Source: Candidatus Hermodarchaeota archaeon (lineage in GTDB: Archaea; Asgardarchaeota; Hermodarchaeia; Hermodarchaeales; Hermodarchaeaceae). Taken from it: DNA of 40,375 nucleotides. Positions 1 through 9,299 of the stretch are shown here, piece after piece (position 1 is the first letter of the stretch; each line of letters begins with the position of its first letter). The notes beneath the pieces were generated by a model. The model was not told the DNA's origin, ran no database searches, and was given only the letters and a program-made list of their open reading frames with translations. Where the stretch lies: NCBI GenBank assembly GCA_016840065.1, contig JAEOTB010000023.1, positions 1 to 40,375 on the forward strand, written 5' to 3'. Position numbers and translations under genes: made by a program.

Positions 1-127
1 ATAGTATTCCCAGAAGGCCCTCCCACTCCAGAGCCTACAAGAGAGCCCATAGTATTCCCAGAAGGCCCTCCCACTCCAGAGCCTACAAGAGAGCCCATAG
101 TATTCCCAGAAGGCCCTCCCACTCCAG
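1..127 (+). repeat. 48-bp coding tandem repeat (IVFPEGPPTPEPTREP), two perfect copies plus a partial third
   Basis: atagtattcccagaaggccctcccactccagagcctacaagagagccc at 1-48 and 49-96, partial copy from 97. Confidence 0.95.
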
Positions 128-558
128 CCCCCGAACCAACAAGAGAGCCAGAACCGGTAACACATCCAGCTCCCGAAGTCTTTCTAGCACCCATTCAGGA
201 AGAACCGATACCTACCCCCGAACCTGAACACTCACCTGTTCCTGAAATTCCAAGTTCTCCTGAACCAACCTCAGAACCGATACCTGAACCGTTTCCAAGA
301 ACATTCTCTGAACCCACGCCTGAGGCTCCACCAACAACTGAACCCGAGTACCCACCTGCACCAGACCTCCCACCGATGCCCGAAGTACCTACAGCTGAAC
401 CCGAACACTCACCCTCCCCAGACCTCCCACCGATACCTGATGTTCCACCAATCCCAGAGGGTCCGTCATCACCTCCCCCTGAATCAGTGCAGCCAGTTAC
501 TAGTGAAGGTTCAGAAGATCAAGAAGATAAACCCAAGCGGCGAACCTTCTTCTTCTAG
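1..558 (+). CDS. 3' part of a Pro/Glu-rich low-complexity repeat protein (5' end outside window)
   Basis: Frame 1 reads open from base 1 (IVFPEGPPTPEPTREP repeats) through the tracked ORF 376..558, ending KPKRRTFFF*. Confidence 0.8.
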   Translation: MVFPEGPPTPEPTREPIVFPEGPPTPEPTREPIVFPEGPPTPAPEPTREPEPVTHPAPEVFLAPIQEEPIPTPEPEHSPVPEIPSSPEPTSEPIPEPFPRTFSEPTPEAPPTTEPEYPPAPDLPPMPEVPTAEPEHSPSPDLPPIPDVPPIPEGPSSPPPESVQPVTSEGSEDQEDKPKRRTFFF

Positions 559-598
559 GTCACCTACAAAAATTTCAGCACTAGGACCATTCACTTAT

Positions 599-982
599 TT
601 ACGAGAGCAGCTGAGCCATCCGATCAGCGGCATACTCGATAAGAAGCAGCATACCGCCTAAATGTTGTTTCTTGAATATCACTACGATTAAGATATCCTC
701 GCTAATGGCTTGTAGAATCATACTCCCTAATCTTGTGTCAACGATGACCCTTGAAGGTTGATGCAAGAAAACCTTGTCTGATAATTCCAAAGTCACGCTG
801 AGTAATGCTCCCAGACTTGCTGATAGATAAGCCTCGTCCACGTCATCCTTAACGAGTTTTGAACATATCGGGAGTCCAGCCCTTGTAAGAACTAGGGCTG
901 CCAACATCCCTTCAATTTCCCCGCTAAGCTCTTCTAGCACTGCTTCAATTCCTGCTAGGTCTTCTTCTGCTACCGTTCGCAT
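599..982 (-). CDS. Roadblock/LC7 (MglB-like) domain protein
   Basis: 127 aa; LVLTRAGLPICS, LSASLGALLSVT helix, VIVDT..GSMILQAISEDILIVVIF, LGGMLLLIE: roadblock pattern. Confidence 0.85.
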   Translation of the reverse strand: MRTVAEEDLAGIEAVLEELSGEIEGMLAALVLTRAGLPICSKLVKDDVDEAYLSASLGALLSVTLELSDKVFLHQPSRVIVDTRLGSMILQAISEDILIVVIFKKQHLGGMLLLIEYAADRMAQLLS

Positions 983-1025
983 TGCTTAGCCCTGCACACA
1001 ATTGATTGCTATACTACTGGAGGTC

Positions 1026-1343
1026 CTATAGTAGTGCTTCGATCTCCTGTAGTAAATCAGCTTTCGACCAAACGCCTACATGATCCTTGACTTTATCCCC
1101 GTTTTTGAACAGAACGAGAGTTGGAATTGCAGTTACTCCAAAACGTTGACAAGCGGTTGGACATTGATCAGCATCCATCTTGATTATTGACACGCGTTGA
1201 GCGTCTATTTCCTTTTCTAGATTTTCTAGAATCACTGCCTGTGTTTTACAGGGTCCACACCAAGTCGTAAAGACATCCAGTATGACTATTTCATGTGTTT
1301 TGATGAATTCATCCAGTTGTCCGTCTTCAATTTGCTTTACCAT
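1026..1343 (-). CDS. trxA: Thioredoxin
   Basis: WCGPC active site, FGVTAIPTLVLFKNG; start taken at MVKQ (1343) rather than the track's 1376. Confidence 0.95.
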   Translation of the reverse strand: MVKQIEDGQLDEFIKTHEIVILDVFTTWCGPCKTQAVILENLEKEIDAQRVSIIKMDADQCPTACQRFGVTAIPTLVLFKNGDKVKDHVGVWSKADLLQEIEALL

Positions 1344-1418
1344 TTTTCTTGCCTCAATAAAGAAGATGCCTACCACTCCTCATTTCGTTCCGATAGTTGA
1401 TAAGCCTTGTCCTATTTT

Positions 1419-1934
1419 TTAGGCATGCTGGAGCGCGGCGATATCACGACCTTTGCCAAAGCGTAACAAGAGTCGAATTAGTACCCGAAGAGGCTCTTCC
1501 AGTCCATCGCCCCTTAGTGCGGATGTGGGAAAGACTGGCGCATCAAGGGTCAATAATCGTTGTATTTGTTGAGGTGAAAGAGCCCCCTCTTGATCCTGCT
1601 TATTTGCAGCAACAACAAAGGGAGGCACGTTTAGGCCAAAGATATCCTTTAGATATCGCTCACCTTCGATGACAGATTGAGCATCAGTACTATCAACGAC
1701 TAGAACGACGCCATGGCTTCCTACAGATAAGGCCTTTCTGACCAAATTAAAATGTCGCATACCAGGACAGCCAAAAATATGAACTTGTAGACCACTCGTT
1801 TTTAGAACCCCGAAATCAAGACCTACGGTTGTACCATTGACATCCACTGAGAAAGGATGTTTGGTGACCCGGTGTATCATAGTAGTTTTTCCAGTTCCTT
1901 GAGATCCAACGACCAGGATTTTCAAGTGTAACAA
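1419..1934 (-). CDS. Small GTPase, MglA/Arf-like archaeal family
   Basis: G1 GSQGTGKTT, G2 TTVGLDFG, G3 IFGCPG, G4 NKQD, G5 TSA. Confidence 0.9.
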   Translation of the reverse strand: MLHLKILVVGSQGTGKTTMIHRVTKHPFSVDVNGTTVGLDFGVLKTSGLQVHIFGCPGMRHFNLVRKALSVGSHGVVLVVDSTDAQSVIEGERYLKDIFGLNVPPFVVAANKQDQEGALSPQQIQRLLTLDAPVFPTSALRGDGLEEPLRVLIRLLLRFGKGRDIAALQHA

Positions 1935-2069
1935 GAGAGCGTCCTCCGTCGCAGGGTGTAATAGACTAACTTCCTCTTTTAAGACTGAGTATTACTGGGC
2001 TAATCTACCAGTATTTTTCGATAAAATTGTGGAACTAGACGAGGAACCACTCGACCCTAGGAGGTTGAG

Positions 2070-2390
2070 CTATTCTGTCACATATTCAATGACAGTGAAC
2101 TCGATTATTGCAAAGCGGTCCTTACTCCGGGAAATAATCTTCAAATCACCGCGTAAATCATTGAGGTGAAGAAAACGTTTCAGGTAAACCCGGAGCTGGG
2201 TCTTCGAGGGTGTATGCGGAATATCACTACGGATATAGACATCTTTTTCCGCTTTAGAAATCTTTACATCGCTAGGTAGCTTTTCAGATAGGAAAGAGAC
2301 AAGGGCATCACCGAGTTCTGCACCTTGACCGAGTAAATCACCGACTTCAATTGCAATGAAGGTCTTACTGGAAGCAGATGAATCAGACAT
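2070..2390 (-). CDS. Ribosomal protein eL22 (L22e)-like
   Basis: SKTQLRVYLKRFLHLNDLRGDLKIISRSKDRFAI aligns by eye with eukaryotic eL22 [41 protein letters not shown] matches QFLQERI. Confidence 0.75.
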   Translation of the reverse strand: MSDSSASSKTFIAIEVGDLLGQGAELGDALVSFLSEKLPSDVKISKAEKDVYIRSDIPHTPSKTQLRVYLKRFLHLNDLRGDLKIISRSKDRFAIIEFTVIEYVTE

Positions 2391-2438
2391 TATATTGTGA
2401 CACCTCAATGAGGATTCTTGATAGGACTGATAAACCCC

Positions 2439-2984
2439 TTAAAAAGACTCCTCTTCATACTCTTCTTCTTGTCGTGGGCGAGCAAACCTTGGAGCAAGCA
2501 TCGAAAAGCCTAGAACCCATCCAGCGTACAAAATAGGAACTAGGAGCATATAGAATATATTGAAGGATGTCAGAACGTAGCCTACTGCGAAACCAAGTAG
2601 TAAACCTGTGAGCGCACGAAGGGGATTTCGGCTTTCACGAAGATAAATGGTCTGAGTGGACCAATCAATGGTCGCTGGCATACTCATTAGAAATGCCAGA
2701 GAGAACGTGATCGGGGAAATCGGAATAGCTGAAAGGCTAGCTAGAAAAATGAATACAGAATTCAGAGGAGTAACAGGGAGGTTGACTATCCAGAATCGAG
2801 AAGTAACAACAAGAATTACTCCAAGGAGAAGTGCAGAACATCGTGCGCAAACATGAAGGGTATGCCCACGTAACGTGAAATGCCAGCAACGACGCAAATA
2901 AGGACCCTCGTGATGACTAATGAAAAGGTGAATCGCATCTAAGAGTTGCCGTTTTCGTGAGCGCTTCGGTGCTTCAGAAGTCAT
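2439..2984 (-). CDS. DUF2085-like membrane protein
   Basis: HH..RCW..VCARC motif, PATIDWSTQ..RESRNPLRALTGLLLG, several TM segments. Confidence 0.75.
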   Translation of the reverse strand: MTSEAPKRSRKRQLLDAIHLFISHHEGPYLRRCWHFTLRGHTLHVCARCSALLLGVILVVTSRFWIVNLPVTPLNSVFIFLASLSAIPISPITFSLAFLMSMPATIDWSTQTIYLRESRNPLRALTGLLLGFAVGYVLTSFNIFYMLLVPILYAGWVLGFSMLAPRFARPRQEEEYEEESF

Positions 2985-3061
2985 TAGAATACCTCAGAAC
3001 ATATAGAAATACCAATTCGGGGTATGCCAATTAGGCTAAAATCTTTTCGTGTACATTAATT

Positions 3062-3094
3062 AAAAAAGAAAGAGAAGAGGGCATCGCTGCCCTC
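3062..3094 (-). terminator. Hairpin + pyrimidine/U tract terminator of the DUF4332 gene
   Basis: Minus strand gagggca-gcga-tgccctc then ttctctttctttttt, about 24 nt after the stop. Confidence 0.7.
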
Positions 3095-3117
3095 ACAATT
3101 CATCTCTTGATTGCAAG

Positions 3118-3771
3118 CTAAGCGTCCTTGACCCATTTTTCAGCCATAGCCCGAGTGAACTTGTATTCCTTCGGAACAATGACCTTACCGGCTGCAACAG
3201 CACGGCTAATCTTGCGATAAAGGGAAGCTGGGTCAGCTCCAGAAAGCTGCTTACGAGTGGTGATGCCACAGGCAAGTACAAGTGCCTCAGCATCCTCCTC
3301 ACCCACAGACGGAACAGCAAGCAAGCGGGCCATGTAGATCCACTTTTGAGCTGTGTCCTTGGGTACATCGCAGGTTGTTGATACTTTAGTAGCTGATGAT
3401 TTGCCTAGCTGCTCAACATATTTGATGCCTGCGCGTCGTAGCTTGCCGCCATAAACTCGTCCAATTCCCTCGACTTCTTCCACTGGCTTTGTGCCAGTAA
3501 CCCTTGGCTTCGGTTTTGGCTTTGGCTTTGCACGAGTAGTAGTTCTGCGAGTGGTCGTTCGCCGTGTAGGCTCTCTTCTCGCAGGCCTCTCCTCGTCCTC
3601 TAGTGTTCGGTACCAACAGAGCAATAGAAGGAAGATTATCACTAGGATTAGGAATAGAATGAAGAGTAGCAAGAAGAAGGGATTGTAAAGAAGTATCGCT
3701 AGTATACCAGTGATTATAATGGCAATCAGTAGGATGATGAGTAACCAGAATACTGTTTTTGTTTTCTCCAA
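3118..3771 (-). CDS. Membrane-anchored helix-hairpin-helix (DUF4332-like) protein
   Basis: Two N-terminal TM helices, R/T/K/P linker, VEEVEGIGRVYGGKLRRAGI and VPSVGEEDAEALVLACGI HhH-type motifs. Confidence 0.75.
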   Translation of the reverse strand: MEKTKTVFWLLIILLIAIIITGILAILLYNPFFLLLFILFLILVIIFLLLLCWYRTLEDEERPARREPTRRTTTRRTTTRAKPKPKPKPRVTGTKPVEEVEGIGRVYGGKLRRAGIKYVEQLGKSSATKVSTTCDVPKDTAQKWIYMARLLAVPSVGEEDAEALVLACGITTRKQLSGADPASLYRKISRAVAAGKVIVPKEYKFTRAMAEKWVKDA

Positions 3772-4003
3772 TGTTATAACCTCGGAGTTATTGAATAGAC
3801 TGTTCCTACTGGTTAAAAGTTTTTACTAATTCTATATTTACAATTATTTGTTCAGAGAAAAACAGATTTGGAACCCTAAAAGTTCTCGTGTAAATTCAAA
3901 GGGGGCACTTTAGAAGTATACAGTATGTTTGGTGAAACTAGTGAGATATGTTGTTATCTTCTTTGAGAAAGATGAAATAACTATTATCTATAATTGATGT
4001 TGC

Positions 4004-4600
4004 CTAAGCGTCGATGAGGGCCCGGAGGAGTTCTACCTGGAAATAGCCACGGCGTCGTAAATCGTCTAAATCAGTTTGGAGTTTTAGAGCAACATAAGAG
4101 GTGGTTCCTCGAGCCCTTACCATTTTTCGGTAAAGCTGCCCGAATTCTTCGACTGACTTGGTGTCTGCAAGTTCTTTTGCTGCTTCCTCTGAAAGCCGAA
4201 TGAAAACATCAGCCCTTACACTTCTTTCCCTAGAAAGGCTGAGAGGTTCTATACTTTCTTTACGAAGAAGGATTGGCATTCCACCTACAATGAGTTGGAT
4301 GCTGGTAGGTTTCACGATTTTAGTCTTCTCCGCAATCTCTGCTAGAATATCATCTAGTCTGCTGATGAAGGATTCAATCATTTCCTCCTTGGGATGATCA
4401 GGTGCTACTTTTATTGACGGTGTTTCCTCCGTTTCTATAACATCCTCGTCAAGCTCATCCTCGTCAAGCTCATCCTCGTCAAGCTCATCCTCGTCAAGCT
4501 CATCCTCGTCAAGCTCATCCTCGTCAAGCTCATCCTCGTCAAGCTCATCCTCGTCAAGCTCTTGTTCAGTCTTCTTCTTTCTCTTGAACCATTTTGCCAT
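4004..4600 (-). CDS. Hypothetical protein with acidic ELDED repeat and possible SCP2-like C-terminal domain
   Basis: 198-aa ORF; basic N-terminus, 8 x ELDED, ADVFIRLSEEAAKEL resembles the SCP2 fold (weak). Confidence 0.7.
   Translation of the reverse strand: MAKWFKRKKKTEQELDEDELDEDELDEDELDEDELDEDELDEDELDEDELDEDVIETEETPSIKVAPDHPKEEMIESFISRLDDILAEIAEKTKIVKPTSIQLIVGGMPILLRKESIEPLSLSRERSVRADVFIRLSEEAAKELADTKSVEEFGQLYRKMVRARGTTSYVALKLQTDLDDLRRRGYFQVELLRALIDA
4441..4560. repeat. 15-bp perfect tandem repeat x8
   Basis: catcctcgtcaagct repeated exactly 8 times. Confidence 0.98.
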
Positions 4601-4847
4601 GGATATTATCCCCTTTACCTGTGGAGTGTCTCAGCCAAAGAATAGGTATACAGAACACAACGACACAGTCTCCTCGTAAGGATAATTTGTACTCGTTGAC
4701 TGAAACTCTAAATTTAATGACACAAATTAGAATTTAAGGATACCGAAGAATACCAGGCTCGCATCACAAAATCTACAGTTCTCTCATTCGTAAGCACCAT
4801 CGTGAATTATTTATGTACTAGACTCTAATTGGAGTAAGGTGATTATC

Positions 4848-5126
4848 ATGGTTAAGATAAGCGAGATTGTCCATTTCTTTGAACAGAAGATTTCGTCGAT
4901 TCTAACAATAGATGACTATTTACCTACAAAGAAGAAGGACCGTTTTGTAAAGGAGGGTGGATTCTTTCTTCGGGTTGCAGATGGTGAGGGAAATACACAA
5001 ACCATCAAACTTAGTGATACAGAAATGACAAGCCTCATCGCAGACATAGTCCTTGTTCTTGAACATCATCGTCAGGCAAAGTTGGATCTCTTTGCAGAAA
5101 TCGCAAGCCGTCGTCGTGAACCTTGA
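4848..5126 (+). CDS. Small hypothetical protein
   Basis: ORF with GGTGA SD upstream of ATG 4848; beta-rich segment followed by a long helix. Confidence 0.7.
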   Translation: MVKISEIVHFFEQKISSILTIDDYLPTKKKDRFVKEGGFFLRVADGEGNTQTIKLSDTEMTSLIADIVLVLEHHRQAKLDLFAEIASRRREP

Positions 5127-5208
5127 TTAATGAACAGTTATGTCCTGAAGTAATTGAAACAGAATCGCAGATTGATCCTCACTGAGCTTAGCATCAGAGC
5201 GACGCTTG

Positions 5209-5907
<699 letters not shown>

Positions 5908-6033
5908 TTATGAACTCTGTTAGAGACCTTCATGATTTAGTCATCATGCGATTACATTTAATTTCTGTGGCATCCTATTCTTTTTAAACTTTAACGCATA
6001 TGTTCATAGAATCTTCCCTAAAGTGTGATTGAT

Positions 6034-6489
6034 ATGCCGAAAGAAGAACCAATATCACAAGACACCTCTGCAACCACAACTGACGATAAGATGCTAGCGG
6101 AACTACGACTAATCCGAGAAGCTGTGCAGCCAGCACCTGTTAAGAAAGATGCGGGGATGATAACCGAGTTCAAGGATTTCCTTGAACGCTCCCAAGTAAT
6201 TGGCTTTGCTGTCGCGTTCATCATCGGCGAACGACTTGGTGCTTTCATCACCTCTATCATCAATGTGTTCATAATGCCCATTCTTAACATTGTCCTCTTA
6301 CCAGGATTAGAATGGGAGACCTTCGAGATTGGCGCTTTCATTATCCCAGGCACTACCTCGACTATTGGACCATTCCCAGTTGGAGCGCTTGTTAGTGAAG
6401 CGATATACATTGGAATTACAATCTTCGTCATATTCCTCTTAGTAAGGCTACTCGGAGGAGTAGGTGGAAGACGAACACCAACAAACTAG
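6034..6489 (+). CDS. mscL: Large-conductance mechanosensitive channel MscL-like
   Basis: MITEFKDFLERSQVIGFAVAFIIG...IMPIL and TM2 GALVSEAIYIGITIFVIFLLV. Confidence 0.85.
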   Translation: MPKEEPISQDTSATTTDDKMLAELRLIREAVQPAPVKKDAGMITEFKDFLERSQVIGFAVAFIIGERLGAFITSIINVFIMPILNIVLLPGLEWETFEIGAFIIPGTTSTIGPFPVGALVSEAIYIGITIFVIFLLVRLLGGVGGRRTPTN

Positions 6490-6551
6490 TATTACCAAAT
6501 TACTACCATCTCTAACCTTACCTTTCCGAACCAAAGGGTTCTCTTGACAAC

Positions 6552-6607
6552 GGGCGGAAACCAAACACACTAGGTGTTTAAACCGCCCTTCTCCCTTCTT
6601 TTTTTCC
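6552..6607 (+). terminator. Hairpin + U tract terminator after mscL
   Basis: gggcgg..aaacac..gtgttt..ccgccc followed by ttctcccttcttttttt. Confidence 0.7.
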
Positions 6608-6625
6608 TGAGAAGAAGAATGCTAA

Positions 6626-7141
6626 CTATTTCTCCATTGTGAATTCCCAAGCACACCAATACTCATCGGGGTGGGGATCAGGTGGACAGGCGATGCATCG
6701 AGTTAAAATGCGTGTATCGATGGCTCTGGCGAATTCTGTGTATTCGACGAGTCCGACTTGTTTGCAGGGAAAATCAGCTAATCCTTTCCGCTTTCGTGCT
6801 ACCTGAATGCGGCATTCCTCCATCCGAAAAATGAACCTGCTTTCGTCGACATCCTCAATGCTCTGCTTGTTAAGCTGGGCATACACGCGGTACTGTAATG
6901 CCTTCTTTAATCCCTCCAGGCCTGAATCCTTGGGTATGTCAAACTCTCGCATAATACGTCTTGCTTCGATTGGAGAAAACCTTCGCCAGGCCTCGATGTC
7001 CATCTCTATAGCAACATCAATGCCGTACTTCTCCTCCAAAGCTAGAAAATAGCAACTATCCATAGCCTGCCAGGCCTTCGCATAGGTATCAATTATTTTG
7101 ATTAATTCCTCACGAGATAGTTTCTCAAGATTGGTTGCCAT
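6626..7141 (-). CDS. DUF6125-family protein (Cys-containing, possibly metal-binding)
   Basis: AKAWQAMDSCYF..E, CRIQVARKRKGL..FPCK, CIACPPDPHPDEYWCAWEF. Confidence 0.75.
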   Translation of the reverse strand: MATNLEKLSREELIKIIDTYAKAWQAMDSCYFLALEEKYGIDVAIEMDIEAWRRFSPIEARRIMREFDIPKDSGLEGLKKALQYRVYAQLNKQSIEDVDESRFIFRMEECRIQVARKRKGLADFPCKQVGLVEYTEFARAIDTRILTRCIACPPDPHPDEYWCAWEFTMEK

Positions 7142-7214
7142 AATACCCGCCTCTTTGAACTCCTCCACCCGTAAGACGCTTTAAGCTTACTTCGTGTTCG
7201 AATCTCGGATTTAG

Positions 7215-8048
7215 CTAACCTGAAACGGGGTTGCGAAGAACTCCGATACCCTCGATTTCTGCTTCAACAATATCGCCAGGTTTCAGAAAGATTGGCTGGG
7301 GTTTCCTAACGAACCCAACTCCTGAAGGTGTACCTGTAGCAATGACATCACCAATTTCGAGGGTTAATACTGATGAGATATCAGAGATAATCTGAGGTAT
7401 AGTAAAAATCATATTAGCAGTTGTGCTATCTTGGAGGGTTTCGTTGTTTAGGCGCAGTTGAAGTCTTAGGTTCTGGGGGTCAGGAATCTGGTCAGGAAGT
7501 ACTAGACAGGGCCCCATGGGTGCAAAGGTGTCAAAGCCTTTACCCCGAAACCACTGCCGGTCACGGTACTGATAGTTTCGTGCAGACACGTCATTGAAAA
7601 CTGTGTAGCCACCGACATGCTTCAAAGCTTGTTCTTCGGGAATGTGCCGTCCCTCTTTCCCAATGATGATTGCTAGTTCTACCTCGTAGTCTACCTGCGA
7701 ATCCTTAGGCAGGACTATTGCGTCTCCAGGACCTATGACTGCTGTTGGTGGCTTTGAGAAAAGGATTGGTGCTACAGGACGTGGTCGCCCAGTTTCCTCT
7801 GCATGATCTGCATAGTTCAACCCGAGGCATATGATTTTTGGTGGTCTTTGGATAGGCGCAAGAAGTCGAACCTCACCGAGGGATACACTTTGTGCCTTTT
7901 CTTGGAGGACCGACTTTGCAAGAACGCTAGGCGATGATTCGTGAAGGAGGGTTACTAAATCTGGGATGGCTGGAAATGGATGAATGTGATTATCCTCTAG
8001 AACCCCCACATACCTTCTCGAATCGTGTTTGTACGATACTAACTTCAA
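7215..8048 (-). CDS. Fumarylacetoacetate hydrolase family protein
   Basis: KIICLGLNYADH, DYEVELAIIIG, NDVSAR, GKGFDTF, DVIATGTPSGVG; TTG start at 8048 probable (track starts at 8072). Confidence 0.95.
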   Translation of the reverse strand: MKLVSYKHDSRRYVGVLEDNHIHPFPAIPDLVTLLHESSPSVLAKSVLQEKAQSVSLGEVRLLAPIQRPPKIICLGLNYADHAEETGRPRPVAPILFSKPPTAVIGPGDAIVLPKDSQVDYEVELAIIIGKEGRHIPEEQALKHVGGYTVFNDVSARNYQYRDRQWFRGKGFDTFAPMGPCLVLPDQIPDPQNLRLQLRLNNETLQDSTTANMIFTIPQIISDISSVLTLEIGDVIATGTPSGVGFVRKPQPIFLKPGDIVEAEIEGIGVLRNPVSG

Positions 8049-8110
8049 TCTATCAAATCCTCTGAATCTCAATCAAAGGCGAGGAGCTAGTTGTCCCAAC
8101 CAAAAATAGT

Positions 8111-8263
8111 TCAATCTTTTGACAAAATCTTAAGAATCGCACGAAGTGACTCAAGGATAAGAACCTCGAACTCACGGAACTCTTCTTCATCGACTACTCC
8201 ATCGTCTAGTAACTGGTTAATACGACCAATAAGTCCTTGAAGCTCCTGTTTTGATGATGGCAA
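8111..8263 (-). CDS. 50-aa small acidic helical protein (below the ORF-track cutoff)
   Basis: GGTGA SD 6 nt before TTG; MPSSKQELQGLIGRINQLLDDGVVDEEEFREFEVLILESLRAILKILSKD*; fills the gap upstream of the FAH gene. Confidence 0.65.
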   Translation of the reverse strand: MPSSKQELQGLIGRINQLLDDGVVDEEEFREFEVLILESLRAILKILSKD

Positions 8264-8411
8264 ATACAATCACCGTATCTCACTCCGTTTCTACCCTTTT
8301 ATTTTCTTGCCTTCGAATACCCAGGTTATTGGAGAGTAATTATCGGAGGCGGGAAAGACCTATAACACCTGTTCAATGATGTTTTGTATACAAATGGTTC
8401 TTGGTGTTCTA

Positions 8412-8696
8412 ATGAAAGACGAGAAAAATCTTGAGAAGTCTTCTCTTCGTGGTCCACCTGTTAAACCTAATCCTGAGGATCCTGCTACTTGGCACCAGCT
8501 AGGTTTGGATCATCTTCAGCGCAGAGAATATGTTGAAGCGGAGAAGGCGTTTAACCAAGCTGTACAACTTCAGCCCGAGTACATTGATGCTTTAATGGGT
8601 CTAGCTAAAGTCTATGAGGAACTTGGTGATGCAGTTAGAGCTCTTCATTTTAAAAGAAAGGCGCAAAGGGCTACCTTTGATAATGATAAGAAATAA
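8412..8696 (+). CDS. TPR protein
   Basis: PEDPATWHQLG..YVEAEKAFNQAVQLQPEYIDALMGLAKVYEELG. Confidence 0.85.
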   Translation: MKDEKNLEKSSLRGPPVKPNPEDPATWHQLGLDHLQRREYVEAEKAFNQAVQLQPEYIDALMGLAKVYEELGDAVRALHFKRKAQRATFDNDKK

Positions 8697-8761
8697 TTAC
8701 AGTTAGTCGATTGAACCACATCCTTTTTGAACATCCTTTACAAGAGAATATCTAGGTCATT

Positions 8762-9202
8762 TTGGTGAATAATCCAGAACCCCCTACTGACAAGGAAACC
8801 GGCCATAGGCTCGCTCTTGGTTACATATACGCAGAAGAGTATCCTAAAGCACGGAAGATTCTCAGGGAAGTAATCCGACTCAACCCTACTGATGCCATAG
8901 CCTGGAGCCTTCTAGGTACCACACATAGTCTTCTGGAACAGCACGTCGAGGCGAAAGAAGCTTATCTGAATGTTGTCCACCTAAAACCCGAGGATGCCGC
9001 TGCTTGGCTTTGTCTTGGTCTTTCCCATTTGCTCATTGGCGAATATCCTGAAGCCAAGGAAGCCCTCACAAAAGCCGCTGCCCTCAATCCAGAAGACGCG
9101 GTCACTTGGGCTCAACTAGGCGAAGTCTACGAGAAGCTTGGTGAAAAACCGAAAGGAAAAGAGTGTGCAAGGAAAGCACACAACCTCAGCCAACAAGGAT
9201 AA
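8762..9202 (+). CDS. TPR protein
   Basis: About four TPR units (AWSLLG, AWLCLG, TWAQLG..EAKEA..LNP). Confidence 0.9.
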   Translation: MVNNPEPPTDKETGHRLALGYIYAEEYPKARKILREVIRLNPTDAIAWSLLGTTHSLLEQHVEAKEAYLNVVHLKPEDAAAWLCLGLSHLLIGEYPEAKEALTKAAALNPEDAVTWAQLGEVYEKLGEKPKGKECARKAHNLSQQG

Positions 9203-9299
9203 CGTTCTGTGTTTCCTCTTATTCGGCACCAAGTTGTATCTAAAATAATCCGTTTGCCTGCATGGGCAACCTTTTACCTGAACCATTGGCAAATGATAT

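Noticed and set aside
1-127. Direct repeats as a CRISPR array
   Set aside because: Head-to-tail, no spacers, in-frame coding, and no cas genes
4441-4560. 15-bp repeats as CRISPR repeats or iterons
   Set aside because: No spacers; they lie in frame within a CDS
7190-7214. gttcgaatc resembling a tRNA T-loop
   Set aside because: No flanking T-stem, acceptor stem or anticodon arm
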